Shown here: in pieces, positions 10,738-18,568 of the stretch
Numbering within the stretch: the stretch's first letter is position 1
How the letters are laid out: the number at the start of each line of letters is the position of its first letter
Virus record (IMG/VR): IMGVR_UViG_3300020451_002055
Strand: one strand, 5' to 3'
From: a virus
Lineage: Duplodnaviria; Heunggongvirae; Uroviricota; Caudoviricetes
Length of the DNA stretch: 64,000 nt
The notes under the pieces: model-generated
Told to the model about the DNA's origin: nothing
Seen by the model: only the letters and a program-made list of their open reading frames with translations
Database searches by the model: none
Made by a program: the position numbers and the translations under genes

Positions 10738-11280
10738 ATGTGCGGACGTTACACCCCCAAAGACGCAATCAATGCCATCTTCCATCACTTCGTTACCCTC
10801 GGCGGGTTGCCCGCTGTCGGCAGCGATGGAACCAAGTTCTACTTCGAGAAGGGAGCAGGTTGCGCTGTGACAGTTCTCGCAACTCCTGAGATGAGGAAGA
10901 TGCTCGCTCAGACCAATCATCATCTTTCTCCCGCGAGCAGCATGGATGAGCGGATCCCGCTTTGGGATCTCATCTCTGCTGCTGGTTGGGATCGGTTCAG
11001 GATCATGCAGTTCGTTCAGTCTCTTCAGGACGCTCATGATGCGGCTGCTGACGAATACGTTGCCTCCATTCGCAACGGCGACAACCAGGGCAGAGCCCAT
11101 GACATCTTCTGCGGGCGTCTGACCCGAGAACTCTCAAACATCAGCAGGTCGTTCGACATGCATGATCTTGCCCGCGACCTCAAGCTGCGGGACCGCCCGC
11201 AGCGTTACAGCCAACCCGATGAAGCCATCGAATCGGCTGCCCCTCAGTTCACCGAGACCGGAGACCTGATTACGGCCTGA
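10738..11280 (+). CDS. hypothetical protein
   Basis: AAGGAG RBS; last gene before terminator. Confidence 0.7.
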   Translation: MCGRYTPKDAINAIFHHFVTLGGLPAVGSDGTKFYFEKGAGCAVTVLATPEMRKMLAQTNHHLSPASSMDERIPLWDLISAAGWDRFRIMQFVQSLQDAHDAAADEYVASIRNGDNQGRAHDIFCGRLTRELSNISRSFDMHDLARDLKLRDRPQRYSQPDEAIESAAPQFTETGDLITA

Positions 11281-11303
11281 CAGCACCACTCTCTTTCTCC
11301 TCT

Positions 11304-11342
11304 AGCCCTCGTCAGGACTTTGCGTTTTGGCGAGGGTTTTCC
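11304..11342 (+). terminator. intrinsic terminator
   Basis: AGCCCTCGTCAGGAC/GTTTTGGCGAGGGTT stem followed by T-run. Confidence 0.65.
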
Positions 11343-11354
11343 TGTTATGGGGGC

Positions 11355-11383
11355 TTGCAATCTTCACCGAAAGTCCCCATAAT
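11355..11383 (+). promoter_or_regulatory. sigma70-like promoter
   Basis: TTGCAA-17 nt-CATAAT. Confidence 0.7.
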
Positions 11384-11465
11384 CAAATGTAGGCCATGGC
11401 GCTGACAGATGCGTGTTGTCGGCGATCGGATCGTTTTTTGGACACCAATCAGAAAGGATCGCGTC

Positions 11466-13418
11466 ATGCATCGAACGCTCATCATCGCTCTTGCAGCTTC
11501 TCTCATCTCTCCTGCTCTTGCTCAAGTGCAGCAGAGGCATGTTTCGGAAATCAAGGCGGAATCCCAGGATATCCGCGTTGTCCGAACTGTGCAGACAATC
11601 AACGGTATCGACATCTTCGGCTCGGAAGGCAAGCAGATCATCGAAGGCCAGCAGGTCGTTAGCGATCTGTCGCGGCAGGTCGTAGCTGTCGGTGCCGTTG
11701 CGCCTGCCCATAAGCAGGAGTTCGACGAGAACGGTTTCCGAGCATCAGGAGATTACGCGGGCGAGGATATCGTCTATCGTCAGTTCGTCTACTACAAGGA
11801 AAACGACAACCTTGTTCCGGCGATCCGGCTGCAACTGTTCGATGGAGCCTATACCCGAACGGTTGTCATCGAGCAGGACACTCATCGAGTTCTTCTCGAT
11901 CGCGACGAGACAAGTCATGCCCACTGCAACAGCGGCAACTGCGGGATGCAGTCGGACCATTTCTCGCTCCGCAAGTACCCGTTCTTCGAGATTCAGGAAG
12001 CTACTTTTCAGTTTTTCCCTGATGACAACCCGGCCCCGGCATCACCTCACCCCACCGGCATGCCTGATGGCTTTCAAGCTCCTTACCTGAATCATGAGTT
12101 CATTGACAATCGCCGATCTTTTGCTTCGCCGATGGGCTGGTTGACGCTTGACGGCCCTTTCGAGACGGTCGGCAACAACATCATCGCAGAAACCGAGGGC
12201 GGCAACGCTAATCAGTATGACGATGGTCCCGTTGCTGGGACAGGCATCGGCGACTCTCTCGTCCGCTTCTCGCCTTACTACCGTCTCGATTACGATTGGA
12301 ACTCTGCTGACTTCTTGACTCTGCAAGCGGCGGCTGTCAACTCGTTCGCGCATGGCAACCTTCTGCACGATTGGTACTATCGTTTCGGCTTCGATGAAGA
12401 GTCAGGTAACTTCCAAAACGATAACTTTGATCGCGGCGGCGTCGGGGGAGACCCGATGCTGATCGTGGCCTACTACCATCCTCTCTTCGCCAACAATGCT
12501 TTCTACTCGGGCACGGAAATCGATGGCACGCCGGGCGTCATCTATATGCTCCGCTTTGCTTCTACCCAGCAAGGCAACGACCGACACAGCGGTTTCGACT
12601 CTCGCCTTCTCGCCCATGAATATCAGCATGGCGTTACAAGGCGCTTGATCGGGTCTCTGTCTTTTGACCCGGCTCGGGCTCTCAACGAGGGGTGGAGCGA
12701 TTTTGCATCATTCATGTATACGCTGGAACCTTTCAATGATGTCCGAAACGCGACGGTCGCTATCGCGGACTGGTTGACCTATCAGTTCAACGGGCGACCC
12801 GCTTACGATGACAACTACTACTTCGGCATTCGTCATATGCCGATCACTTGGGATTTCGCCCGGAACCCCATGACATACGCCGACACGGATATCTACCAGT
12901 GGCACATTGAAGAGGGCACGCCTCGCTCGACGCTTCCTCTCTACGATTCGCCGCATACCTTTGGTCAGCTTTGGACTCTCGCTCTTTGGGACAACTTCGT
13001 TCTCTACAACGATATGTACCCCTTTGAGCGTTCGAAGATGCTCTCGATGCGCCTGACGCTTGAAGGGCAACGACTTACCCCTCCGGAGCCGACATTTGTT
13101 GAGGCTCGCGATGCCTACGTCGCGGCGGACAAGCACTTGTTCGATGGTCGGCATCGGGTTGCCATCTGGCGAGCATTTGCCCGCCGAGGTCTTGGGGTCG
13201 ATGCTGTTTCTCCTGATCGCCGGACGCTCGAAGGCGCTGTTGAAAGCTTCGACGAGCCGGATTGGGGCGACTTCAATCAGGACGGAATCAAGGATGCGCT
13301 GGATGTCAACCTGTTCATCAATGCCTTCGTTACAGAGAACCCGACCGCAGACCTCAACTGGGACGGCTTCTTTGACATGAGCGACATCAGCGAGTTCATC
13401 ACGCTTTACCTGGGCTGA
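11466..13418 (+). CDS. secreted M36 (fungalysin-like) metallopeptidase with C-terminal GC-type dockerin domain
   Basis: Signal peptide; HEYQH zinc motif, ALNEGWSDF, HxxGxxW; two EF-hand-like repeats DFNQDGIKDALD/DLNWDGFFDMSD. Confidence 0.85.
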   Translation: MHRTLIIALAASLISPALAQVQQRHVSEIKAESQDIRVVRTVQTINGIDIFGSEGKQIIEGQQVVSDLSRQVVAVGAVAPAHKQEFDENGFRASGDYAGEDIVYRQFVYYKENDNLVPAIRLQLFDGAYTRTVVIEQDTHRVLLDRDETSHAHCNSGNCGMQSDHFSLRKYPFFEIQEATFQFFPDDNPAPASPHPTGMPDGFQAPYLNHEFIDNRRSFASPMGWLTLDGPFETVGNNIIAETEGGNANQYDDGPVAGTGIGDSLVRFSPYYRLDYDWNSADFLTLQAAAVNSFAHGNLLHDWYYRFGFDEESGNFQNDNFDRGGVGGDPMLIVAYYHPLFANNAFYSGTEIDGTPGVIYMLRFASTQQGNDRHSGFDSRLLAHEYQHGVTRRLIGSLSFDPARALNEGWSDFASFMYTLEPFNDVRNATVAIADWLTYQFNGRPAYDDNYYFGIRHMPITWDFARNPMTYADTDIYQWHIEEGTPRSTLPLYDSPHTFGQLWTLALWDNFVLYNDMYPFERSKMLSMRLTLEGQRLTPPEPTFVEARDAYVAADKHLFDGRHRVAIWRAFARRGLGVDAVSPDRRTLEGAVESFDEPDWGDFNQDGIKDALDVNLFINAFVTENPTADLNWDGFFDMSDISEFITLYLG

Positions 13419-13423
13419 TCTTC

Positions 13424-13456
13424 AGCGGGCACGATCGATAGGTCGCGCCCGCTTTT
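13424..13456 (+). terminator. intrinsic terminator
   Basis: AGCGGGC...GCCCGCT stem + TTT. Confidence 0.65.
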
Positions 13457-13512
13457 CAATTTGGGCAAGCTAGATCATAGTGCCCGAGACCGAAATAGGC
13501 GTTGGGGTGTCT

Positions 13513-13541
13513 ATGCATAGCACCGAAAATTGAGCTATACT
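13513..13541 (+). promoter_or_regulatory. possible sigma70-like promoter
   Basis: ATGCAT-17 nt-TATACT just upstream of ATG 13552. Confidence 0.4.
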
Positions 13542-13551
13542 ACTGACAGTT

Positions 13552-14784
13552 ATGACCTCAGAGCAACCAATCCGAATCGCCTCGGAGTTCGCTCCCTACC
13601 CCTTTAGACTGCTGGCGCAGAATGCGCCGATGGTTTGGACGGATGGGGACGAGTTCAAGATCCGCCTTAAGCAGCAAGACATCAACATCTCTCTCGCAGA
13701 GCAGTTGTTGAACCATCAGGCTCCCGTTGTCTATGCGGATGACCTGCTTGCTATTGCAGAAGTGGAGGGCGATGTACGGGTCGATCTGCATGCCATCAAT
13801 GATATCCCCACAGCCATGCCAGCCTTCGACCGCATGTTTGTCGAGGTCAACATGCAGCCCTTCGTCAAGAGAAGCAAGAGAGCGTCTGACGACCTCCTCG
13901 CCCTCGCTGGCTACGTTGTCTGCGATCCCTTTCCCAAAGAGCAGGCAGATATCATCAGAGACCTTGTATTTGCCCATGCAACCACGGCTAGGGCCAGAAA
14001 CTCGATTGAATCGAAGGTTGATGAAGTCAGAGATCAGCTTTCGGGAGAGAATCAGGCGAAAGTCGATGGGATCTTGGAACGGCTAAAGACTGGCATCAGA
14101 ATCCCCAAGGCCATCTTTCGTACTGGTTTTATCTCCGAAGAATCTATCGAGATCATCAAGACAGCCAAGTTCGTTTCCATCTACCCGTACATTCTGGTCA
14201 AGGCTAAGGGCAAGGATCGTCGGAGCAATGTTCGAGGACAATGCATCGGTCCTGTTGGTCAGATTATCTACATGGTCGATCCGAATGCCGGTCTTGTTCG
14301 CCTTGAGAACGGCGAGCCTTGGCAGCTTTGGATGGATCCTGTCAAAACTGATGAGGAAACGTACCTCTACGAGGAATCTGCGGCTTTCTATGATGACTGC
14401 GCTCAGACCGCTGCGGCCTTGTCGATGCGAGTCATGGCCCTTCTCAACTGCTCAAACGTTCAGCTTGTCGATCAAGGCAAGACGACTGACGGCATCAACA
14501 AGAAGGATGTCAGGCAGCATCGTCTCCGTTCGCTGCAATACCATGAGCTTCGAGTTAAGGTCGGCAAGGAACTTCTGCCTGTCTATGGTCGAGGAGGCTT
14601 GACAGGAACAAAGGGCCTCGGAATCGTTCGCGGGCACTTCCGTGACTACAGCAAGGGTAAGGGTCTCTTTGGACGACTCAAGTATCCTGCTGTTTGGGTT
14701 CCGCCCCATGCGAGGGGCGATGCAATGAACGGCGTGATCATGAAGGACTACGCCCTTGTTCCGGGTGGTGACCAAAACGGATAA
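13552..14784 (+). CDS. hypothetical phage protein
   Basis: 410-aa ORF; C-terminal VRGHFRDY...GLFG...WVPPHARG motif seen in phage hypotheticals. Confidence 0.75.
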   Translation: MTSEQPIRIASEFAPYPFRLLAQNAPMVWTDGDEFKIRLKQQDINISLAEQLLNHQAPVVYADDLLAIAEVEGDVRVDLHAINDIPTAMPAFDRMFVEVNMQPFVKRSKRASDDLLALAGYVVCDPFPKEQADIIRDLVFAHATTARARNSIESKVDEVRDQLSGENQAKVDGILERLKTGIRIPKAIFRTGFISEESIEIIKTAKFVSIYPYILVKAKGKDRRSNVRGQCIGPVGQIIYMVDPNAGLVRLENGEPWQLWMDPVKTDEETYLYEESAAFYDDCAQTAAALSMRVMALLNCSNVQLVDQGKTTDGINKKDVRQHRLRSLQYHELRVKVGKELLPVYGRGGLTGTKGLGIVRGHFRDYSKGKGLFGRLKYPAVWVPPHARGDAMNGVIMKDYALVPGGDQNG

Positions 14785-14793
14785 GCTACCTCC

Positions 14794-14976
14794 ATGCCCG
14801 GACATGATGACAGGCTCGTTATTGTCGCAATCGTATCTCTGCTCATTGGCGTTTTTATACCAGTGATTCTGCCCGCTTTTTTGCAGGTCTATCTGATCTA
14901 CCTCATTTGGGCTATCTGCGGAGTCGCATTGATTTCGGTCATTTACCGCTACTTTGCTCAGAGGGGAAAGCGTTGA
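14794..14976 (+). CDS. small 2-TM membrane protein
   Basis: Two hydrophobic stretches and basic C-terminus. Confidence 0.55.
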   Translation: MPGHDDRLVIVAIVSLLIGVFIPVILPAFLQVYLIYLIWAICGVALISVIYRYFAQRGKR

Positions 14977-15671
14977 ATACGTTTCTGCCTTATGCCAGCA
15001 TCATCGCAAGTGCCAGGTCGTTGGATTGGAAGCGACTCGGTAAGCAGCGCCTTGAGACTCTTCAACTGCTAAACAGTCTTGTCCGAGAGAGGCGGGCAAT
15101 GGAGCTTGGCATCGACCTGACTGACTGGGCAGCCGTCAAGCTGACGGACTACCCCAAAGATGAACGTCCTGTCATCAAGGCTCGTCGCAAGCGGCTCCAA
15201 GAGAAGAAGAAGCTCATGCAGCTTCGAGGTTGGGTCGGTCATCCTGCCCGCGAAATTTGGCGAGGGCACGAAAAGGCTCTGGCCTACTACGGTCTGCTGA
15301 TCTGCCAAGAATGGGCCTCCCGAGGCTACGAGGAGGCTACTGCACCGAAAATCGCTGCTGTCGCCTCAGAGTTCGCTTGGACATCGTGGCCGGATTGGAT
15401 GGAGGATCCCGAGGTCCATCGCTACATGAGGCAGAGCCTCCGTTACAAGGAGGTCGTCGATAACGCCAATCTGGTCGCTCAGTCCAAGAGTCCAATTTGG
15501 TGGTATCGAAACCAGTGGCCGGACATCGAGCCGATCTATGGCTACATCTGGTCTGAGGACAACAAGAGAAAATGCTTGCAGGTGCCCGAAGAACAGGCTA
15601 TCCTCTCGATCGACTGGCTGGAAGAAGACGAAATCAGCAAGGCAACGAGAAAAATCCTCGCCGCTGCGTGA
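14973..15671 (+). CDS. pyrimidine-dimer DNA glycosylase/EndoV-like (MSMEG_6728 family) protein
   Basis: TTG start after GAGGGG; MNTFLPY...LDWKRLGKQRLE...HPA...W.G...L..YG...EW..RGY. Confidence 0.75.
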   Translation: MNTFLPYASIIASARSLDWKRLGKQRLETLQLLNSLVRERRAMELGIDLTDWAAVKLTDYPKDERPVIKARRKRLQEKKKLMQLRGWVGHPAREIWRGHEKALAYYGLLICQEWASRGYEEATAPKIAAVASEFAWTSWPDWMEDPEVHRYMRQSLRYKEVVDNANLVAQSKSPIWWYRNQWPDIEPIYGYIWSEDNKRKCLQVPEEQAILSIDWLEEDEISKATRKILAAA

Positions 15672-15742
15672 ATACTTGGAGCCTTTTTCAACTTTTTCCG
15701 AAGGATAGGGAGGACAAACGAGTCCTCATGGGTATAGTAGGC

Positions 15743-15933
15743 TTCCGGGCATGATTCCCGGCCAAAGGAACTGAACGAAATGACACGTTGGCAATCCTCA
15801 TTTAGAAGCTCGACCGGAATGCGTCATCAGACGGCATGCGGTTATGGTGCGAATAGTGCCAGAGGGCCTCAAGGATTGCCAGATCGGGTCTTGACGGGAT
15901 AACGTCAAAAGACCAGAAAACGGCGAACTCTGA
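15743..15933 (+). ncRNA. candidate structured RNA / attenuator leader
   Basis: Helices TGGCAATCCT/AGGATTGCCA (15789-15881), GGTCTTGACG/CGTCAA-AAGACC, CCGGG/CCCGG; no ORF. Confidence 0.45.
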
Positions 15934-15966
15934 GAGGCCCTTGCGAAAGCGAGGGCCTTTTTCATT
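15934..15966 (+). terminator. intrinsic terminator
   Basis: GAGGCCCTTGC-GAAA-GCGAGGGCCTT + TTTT. Confidence 0.85.
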
Positions 15967-16007
15967 TAGACATTCAGGTTGAGATTCATGATTGAGTCAA
16001 CGCCTGT

Positions 16008-16026
16008 GCCTCTTTGACAAGTGAAT
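16008..16026 (+). promoter_or_regulatory. boxA-like antitermination element
   Basis: GCCTCTTTGACAA, identical 13-mer upstream of tmRNA (49881-49893); resembles rrn boxA. Confidence 0.5.
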
Positions 16027-16089
16027 ACAGAAACGTTTTTTAGGCATGAGTTCCATCACCGCGGTACGGTATGCCCTGCCGCGGTTTAC

Positions 16090-16161
16090 GCTCGCTTGGT
16101 GCTAGTGGTAACACGCTTTCTTGGTACGAAAGAGTCGCCGGTTCGATTCCGGCAGTGAGCT
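16090..16161 (+). tRNA. trnT: tRNA-Thr(GGT)
   Basis: Cloverleaf; CTTTC-TT GGT AC-GAAAG. Confidence 0.9.
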
Positions 16162-16179
16162 TTTCAGGTATTTACATAT

Positions 16180-16251
16180 GGCCGTCTGCCCGAATGGTAA
16201 GGGCTCTGGTTGCAACCCAGATGTTTTCCGGTTCGATTCCGGAGGCGGTCT
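16180..16251 (+). tRNA. trnC: tRNA-Cys(GCA)
   Basis: TCTGG-TT GCA AC-CCAGA; U73. Confidence 0.9.
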
Positions 16252-16256
16252 TTCAT

Positions 16257-16330
16257 GAGAGTGAAGCTTAGCAGGTAAAGCGTCTGCCTTCCAAGCAGAA
16301 GTCTTGCGGGTTCGAATCCCGTCACTCTCT
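16257..16330 (+). tRNA. trnG: tRNA-Gly(TCC)
   Basis: TCTGC-CT TCC AA-GCAGA; U73. Confidence 0.9.
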
Positions 16331-16336
16331 TTCATT

Positions 16337-16407
16337 TGCCCGATGGTGTAGCGGCAGCACAGGAGTCTCTGACACTCTTAGCGGGGGTTCGAATCCCTCT
16401 CGGGCAG
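16337..16407 (+). tRNA. trnQ: tRNA-Gln(CTG)
   Basis: GGAGT-CT CTG AC-ACTCT. Confidence 0.9.
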
Positions 16408-16413
16408 TTTGAT

Positions 16414-16485
16414 AGGGCTATGGTGAAATGGATATCATAGGAGACTACGAATCTCTTGTTCCGGGTTCGAATCCTGGTAGCCCTG
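16414..16485 (+). tRNA. trnR: tRNA-Arg(ACG)
   Basis: GGAGA-CT ACG AA-TCTCT. Confidence 0.9.
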
Positions 16486-16550
16486 TTTGGTCTTGCAGTT
16501 ATTTTGCAATGCAACTGAGGCTATTCGCCTAAATAGTCGAATGGTTATAG

Positions 16551-17114
16551 ATGGAAGAATTATGGGTACAAGAAAGCGACGGAACTAGGCGTAAAGCCAA
16601 AAAGACTAAATGCTCTAACTGCGAACAGCGATTTCTTCAACGAGTATCTGGTAAGAAGAAGTTCTGTTCGATAAAATGTTCGAGCCAAAGCAGAGAAAAC
16701 CAAGTCGAAGTGCTTTGTTCTAACTGCGGCAATCGGTTCAATAAAAGACCGTCTGCGATGAATACGAAGCATGGATTACATTTCTGCTCAAGAGAATGCA
16801 AAAACCATGCTCAGAGTCTCAAAGGCGAATGCGAAGCTATAAGACCAGAGCATTATGGCAATGGTAAAACAAGACACGTTGCTCATCGAATAATCAAGCA
16901 GACAAAGGCTCCTTGCTGTTGCGGTTGCCAGGAAGACAGAAGATATCTACTCATAGTTCATCATATTGACGGGAATGCATCAAACAACGAGATTTCAAAC
17001 TTGGAAATAGTCTGCTCTAACTGTCATATGAAAAGGCATCTAAGGAGGACCGAAGATGGCTGGATATATGATCCGAAAGCATTGACTCCAAGAGATAAGT
17101 TAAAAAGTTTGTAG
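16551..17114 (+). CDS. HNH homing endonuclease with N-terminal Cys/Zn repeats
   Basis: CxxC repeats; VHHIDGNASNNEISNLEIVCSNCHMKRH. Confidence 0.9.
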   Translation: MEELWVQESDGTRRKAKKTKCSNCEQRFLQRVSGKKKFCSIKCSSQSRENQVEVLCSNCGNRFNKRPSAMNTKHGLHFCSRECKNHAQSLKGECEAIRPEHYGNGKTRHVAHRIIKQTKAPCCCGCQEDRRYLLIVHHIDGNASNNEISNLEIVCSNCHMKRHLRRTEDGWIYDPKALTPRDKLKSL

Positions 17115-17185
17115 GGGCTTTAGTGCTAGTGGGAACACATCTGGTTTGCAACCAGAAATCCGGGGTTCGATTCCCCGAAGCTCCA
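17114..17185 (+). tRNA. trnA: tRNA-Ala(TGC)
   Basis: TCTGG-TT TGC AA-CCAGA; G3.U70; G1 is last base of HNH stop codon. Confidence 0.9.
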
Positions 17186-17189
17186 TTTT

Positions 17190-17214
17190 GACGGTTCAAA
17201 TCCCGTCGTTTCCA
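17190..17214 (+). pseudogene. relic tRNA 3' fragment (T arm plus acceptor 3' strand)
   Basis: GACGG-TTCAAATC-CCGTC-GTTTCCA with no matching 5' half. Confidence 0.5.
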
Positions 17215-17219
17215 CTTTT

Positions 17220-17308
17220 GGGGGAGTTGGGCAGAGTGGTGAGCCCAAGGCGCTGTAAACGCCTCGCATAAAAGTAAGTCTTTGCAGGTTCGATTCCTGT
17301 CTCCCTCA
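17220..17308 (+). tRNA. trnY: tRNA-Tyr(GTA)
   Basis: AGGCG-CT GTA AA-CGCCT; long V region. Confidence 0.85.
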
Positions 17309-17312
17309 CTTT

Positions 17313-17385
17313 GCCGAAGGTATTTCAATATGGCAGAAGTCTCCCGCTTTAGGGAGGAATGCGGGTTCGAGTCCCGTCCTCGGCT
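17313..17385 (+). pseudogene. aberrant tRNA, anticodon undetermined
   Basis: Good D and T arms; extra base in acceptor 5' strand; CTCCC/GGGAG stem closes only a 6-nt loop GCTTTA. Confidence 0.6.
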
Positions 17386-17390
17386 TTCAT

Positions 17391-17464
17391 GGAACAATAG
17401 CTCAGTCTGGTAGAGCATCTGACTGAAGATCAGAGTGTCGTCGGTTCAAATCCGACTTGTTCCA
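17391..17464 (+). tRNA. trnF: tRNA-Phe(GAA)
   Basis: TCTGA-CT GAA GA-TCAGA. Confidence 0.95.
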
Positions 17465-17471
17465 CTTTCAT

Positions 17472-17562
17472 GCCCCTGTAGCTCAATTGGAAGAGCGGCG
17501 GGTTTCTATTCCGTTTAGACTATCGAAAGTCAAGGTTGGGGGTTCGAGTCCCTCCAGGGGTG
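17472..17562 (+). tRNA. trnR: tRNA-Arg(TCT) with long variable arm
   Basis: GCGGG-TT TCT AT-TCCGT; 23-nt V region with GACT/AGTC stem. Confidence 0.85.
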
Positions 17563-17569
17563 CTTAACG

Positions 17570-17601
17570 AAAAGCAACGCCAGCATTTCTGCTGACGCTG
17601 C
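17570..17601 (-). terminator. intrinsic terminator of minus-strand gene (likely bidirectional)
   Basis: Minus strand GCAGCGTCAGCA-GAAA-TGCTGGCGTTGC-TTTT. Confidence 0.75.
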
Positions 17602-17604
17602 GAG

Positions 17605-17628
17605 GAGAGAGAGAGAGAGAGAGAGAGA
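17605..17628. repeat. (GA)12 microsatellite
   Basis: Direct reading. Confidence 0.95.
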
Positions 17629-17636
17629 TGACGAAG

Positions 17637-18371
17637 TTACTCGCGGATGATACGGGTCAAGGTGGCATGATCCATCTTGCCCTGCGAGAAGAGGCCCATG
17701 GCAGCGATCCGATCGGCGTTATCGAAGACGCCGTTGCCGTCGATGTCGAAAGAGTCAACAACGCTCGCTCCGAAAGCGAAGCCGTAGTCGATCTCGCCCG
17801 CATCATTCTGAACGCCGGTAACGATGCCGACGCTGTTCGACATGCCGACATCGAGGTCCGTGTCGAGGACGATCAGGAAGAGGTCATCAACGCCCGTCTG
17901 ATCGAAGATGAAGAACTCGGTCGGATCCAACTGGATCTGACGAGTGTCCGTGCCGTTGAAGTAGCGGATGAAGACAGAAATGTCTTCAATGTCGGTGCCC
18001 GCCGGGATGAACATCTCGTACTGCATGTCAGTCCGAACATCGAACGACTTGTCGCCGTTCAACTCGTAGTTCAGACTGGCTCGGCCCAGGTCGATCGAGC
18101 GGTTATTGCCGACGCGACCGAGGCACCAGGTAAAGAAGTTGTTGGCAGCCTCGTAGCACGCCTGACGACGAGTCCCCTCAGGGTTGTTATCGTCGCAGTC
18201 AGCGAGAAGCTCCTGAAAGCAGTCCCAGCAGTTGCCCACAGTAGGGGGATTGGACATCTGGCAGCCAGCTTCGACGGAGTTCGCCGAAGACATGCCCGTA
18301 ACAGTAAAGGACTGACCGAGGACAGGGGAGGCCATTGCGCTGGCCACGATAAGGGGGAGAATCGACTTCAT
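17637..18371 (-). CDS. secreted Cys-rich protein with C-terminal dockerin/EF-hand-like repeat
   Basis: Signal peptide MKSILPLIVASAMASPVLG; CWDC...C...C...WC; DIDGNGVFDNAD; AAGGAG RBS. Confidence 0.7.
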   Translation of the reverse strand: MKSILPLIVASAMASPVLGQSFTVTGMSSANSVEAGCQMSNPPTVGNCWDCFQELLADCDDNNPEGTRRQACYEAANNFFTWCLGRVGNNRSIDLGRASLNYELNGDKSFDVRTDMQYEMFIPAGTDIEDISVFIRYFNGTDTRQIQLDPTEFFIFDQTGVDDLFLIVLDTDLDVGMSNSVGIVTGVQNDAGEIDYGFAFGASVVDSFDIDGNGVFDNADRIAAMGLFSQGKMDHATLTRIIRE

Positions 18372-18568
18372 CGCTTACGTCTCCTTGATGGTTCAGACAG
18401 CACCATTGCTGCCGTAATGTCAAGATAGCGAATCCAAGCGACTTTGCAAGCGGCAAGATGGATAATTTGGGTGAATCTGGCAAGATTGTAGGGTCTGTAG
18501 GGATCATTTCAGGATCATCGCCAATCAGTCATCTTTCAATGATGAATCATTCCCCTACTAAGGGGGTT

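Noticed and set aside
9922-11100. 392-aa minus-strand ORF (and similar long antisense ORFs at 2311-3135, 51250-52284, 54839-55501)
   Set aside because: Overlap well-supported plus-strand genes; typical antisense open frames of GC3-biased coding DNA
15743-15933. T-box, raiA-motif or hammerhead identity for the leader RNA
   Set aside because: No UGGNACC T-box bulge and no CUGANGA core; raiA-like short words occur in the wrong order
16071-16514. Short ORFs over tRNA clusters (also 17017-17418, 18458-18849, 21936-22848, 24275-24680, 33414-33680, 50101-50388)
   Set aside because: They coincide with tRNA, RNase P or tmRNA genes and translate to typical tRNA-antisense pseudo-peptides
17628-18428. 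266-aa plus-strand ORF
   Set aside because: Antisense shadow of the minus-strand secreted protein, which has a signal peptide, RBS and terminator
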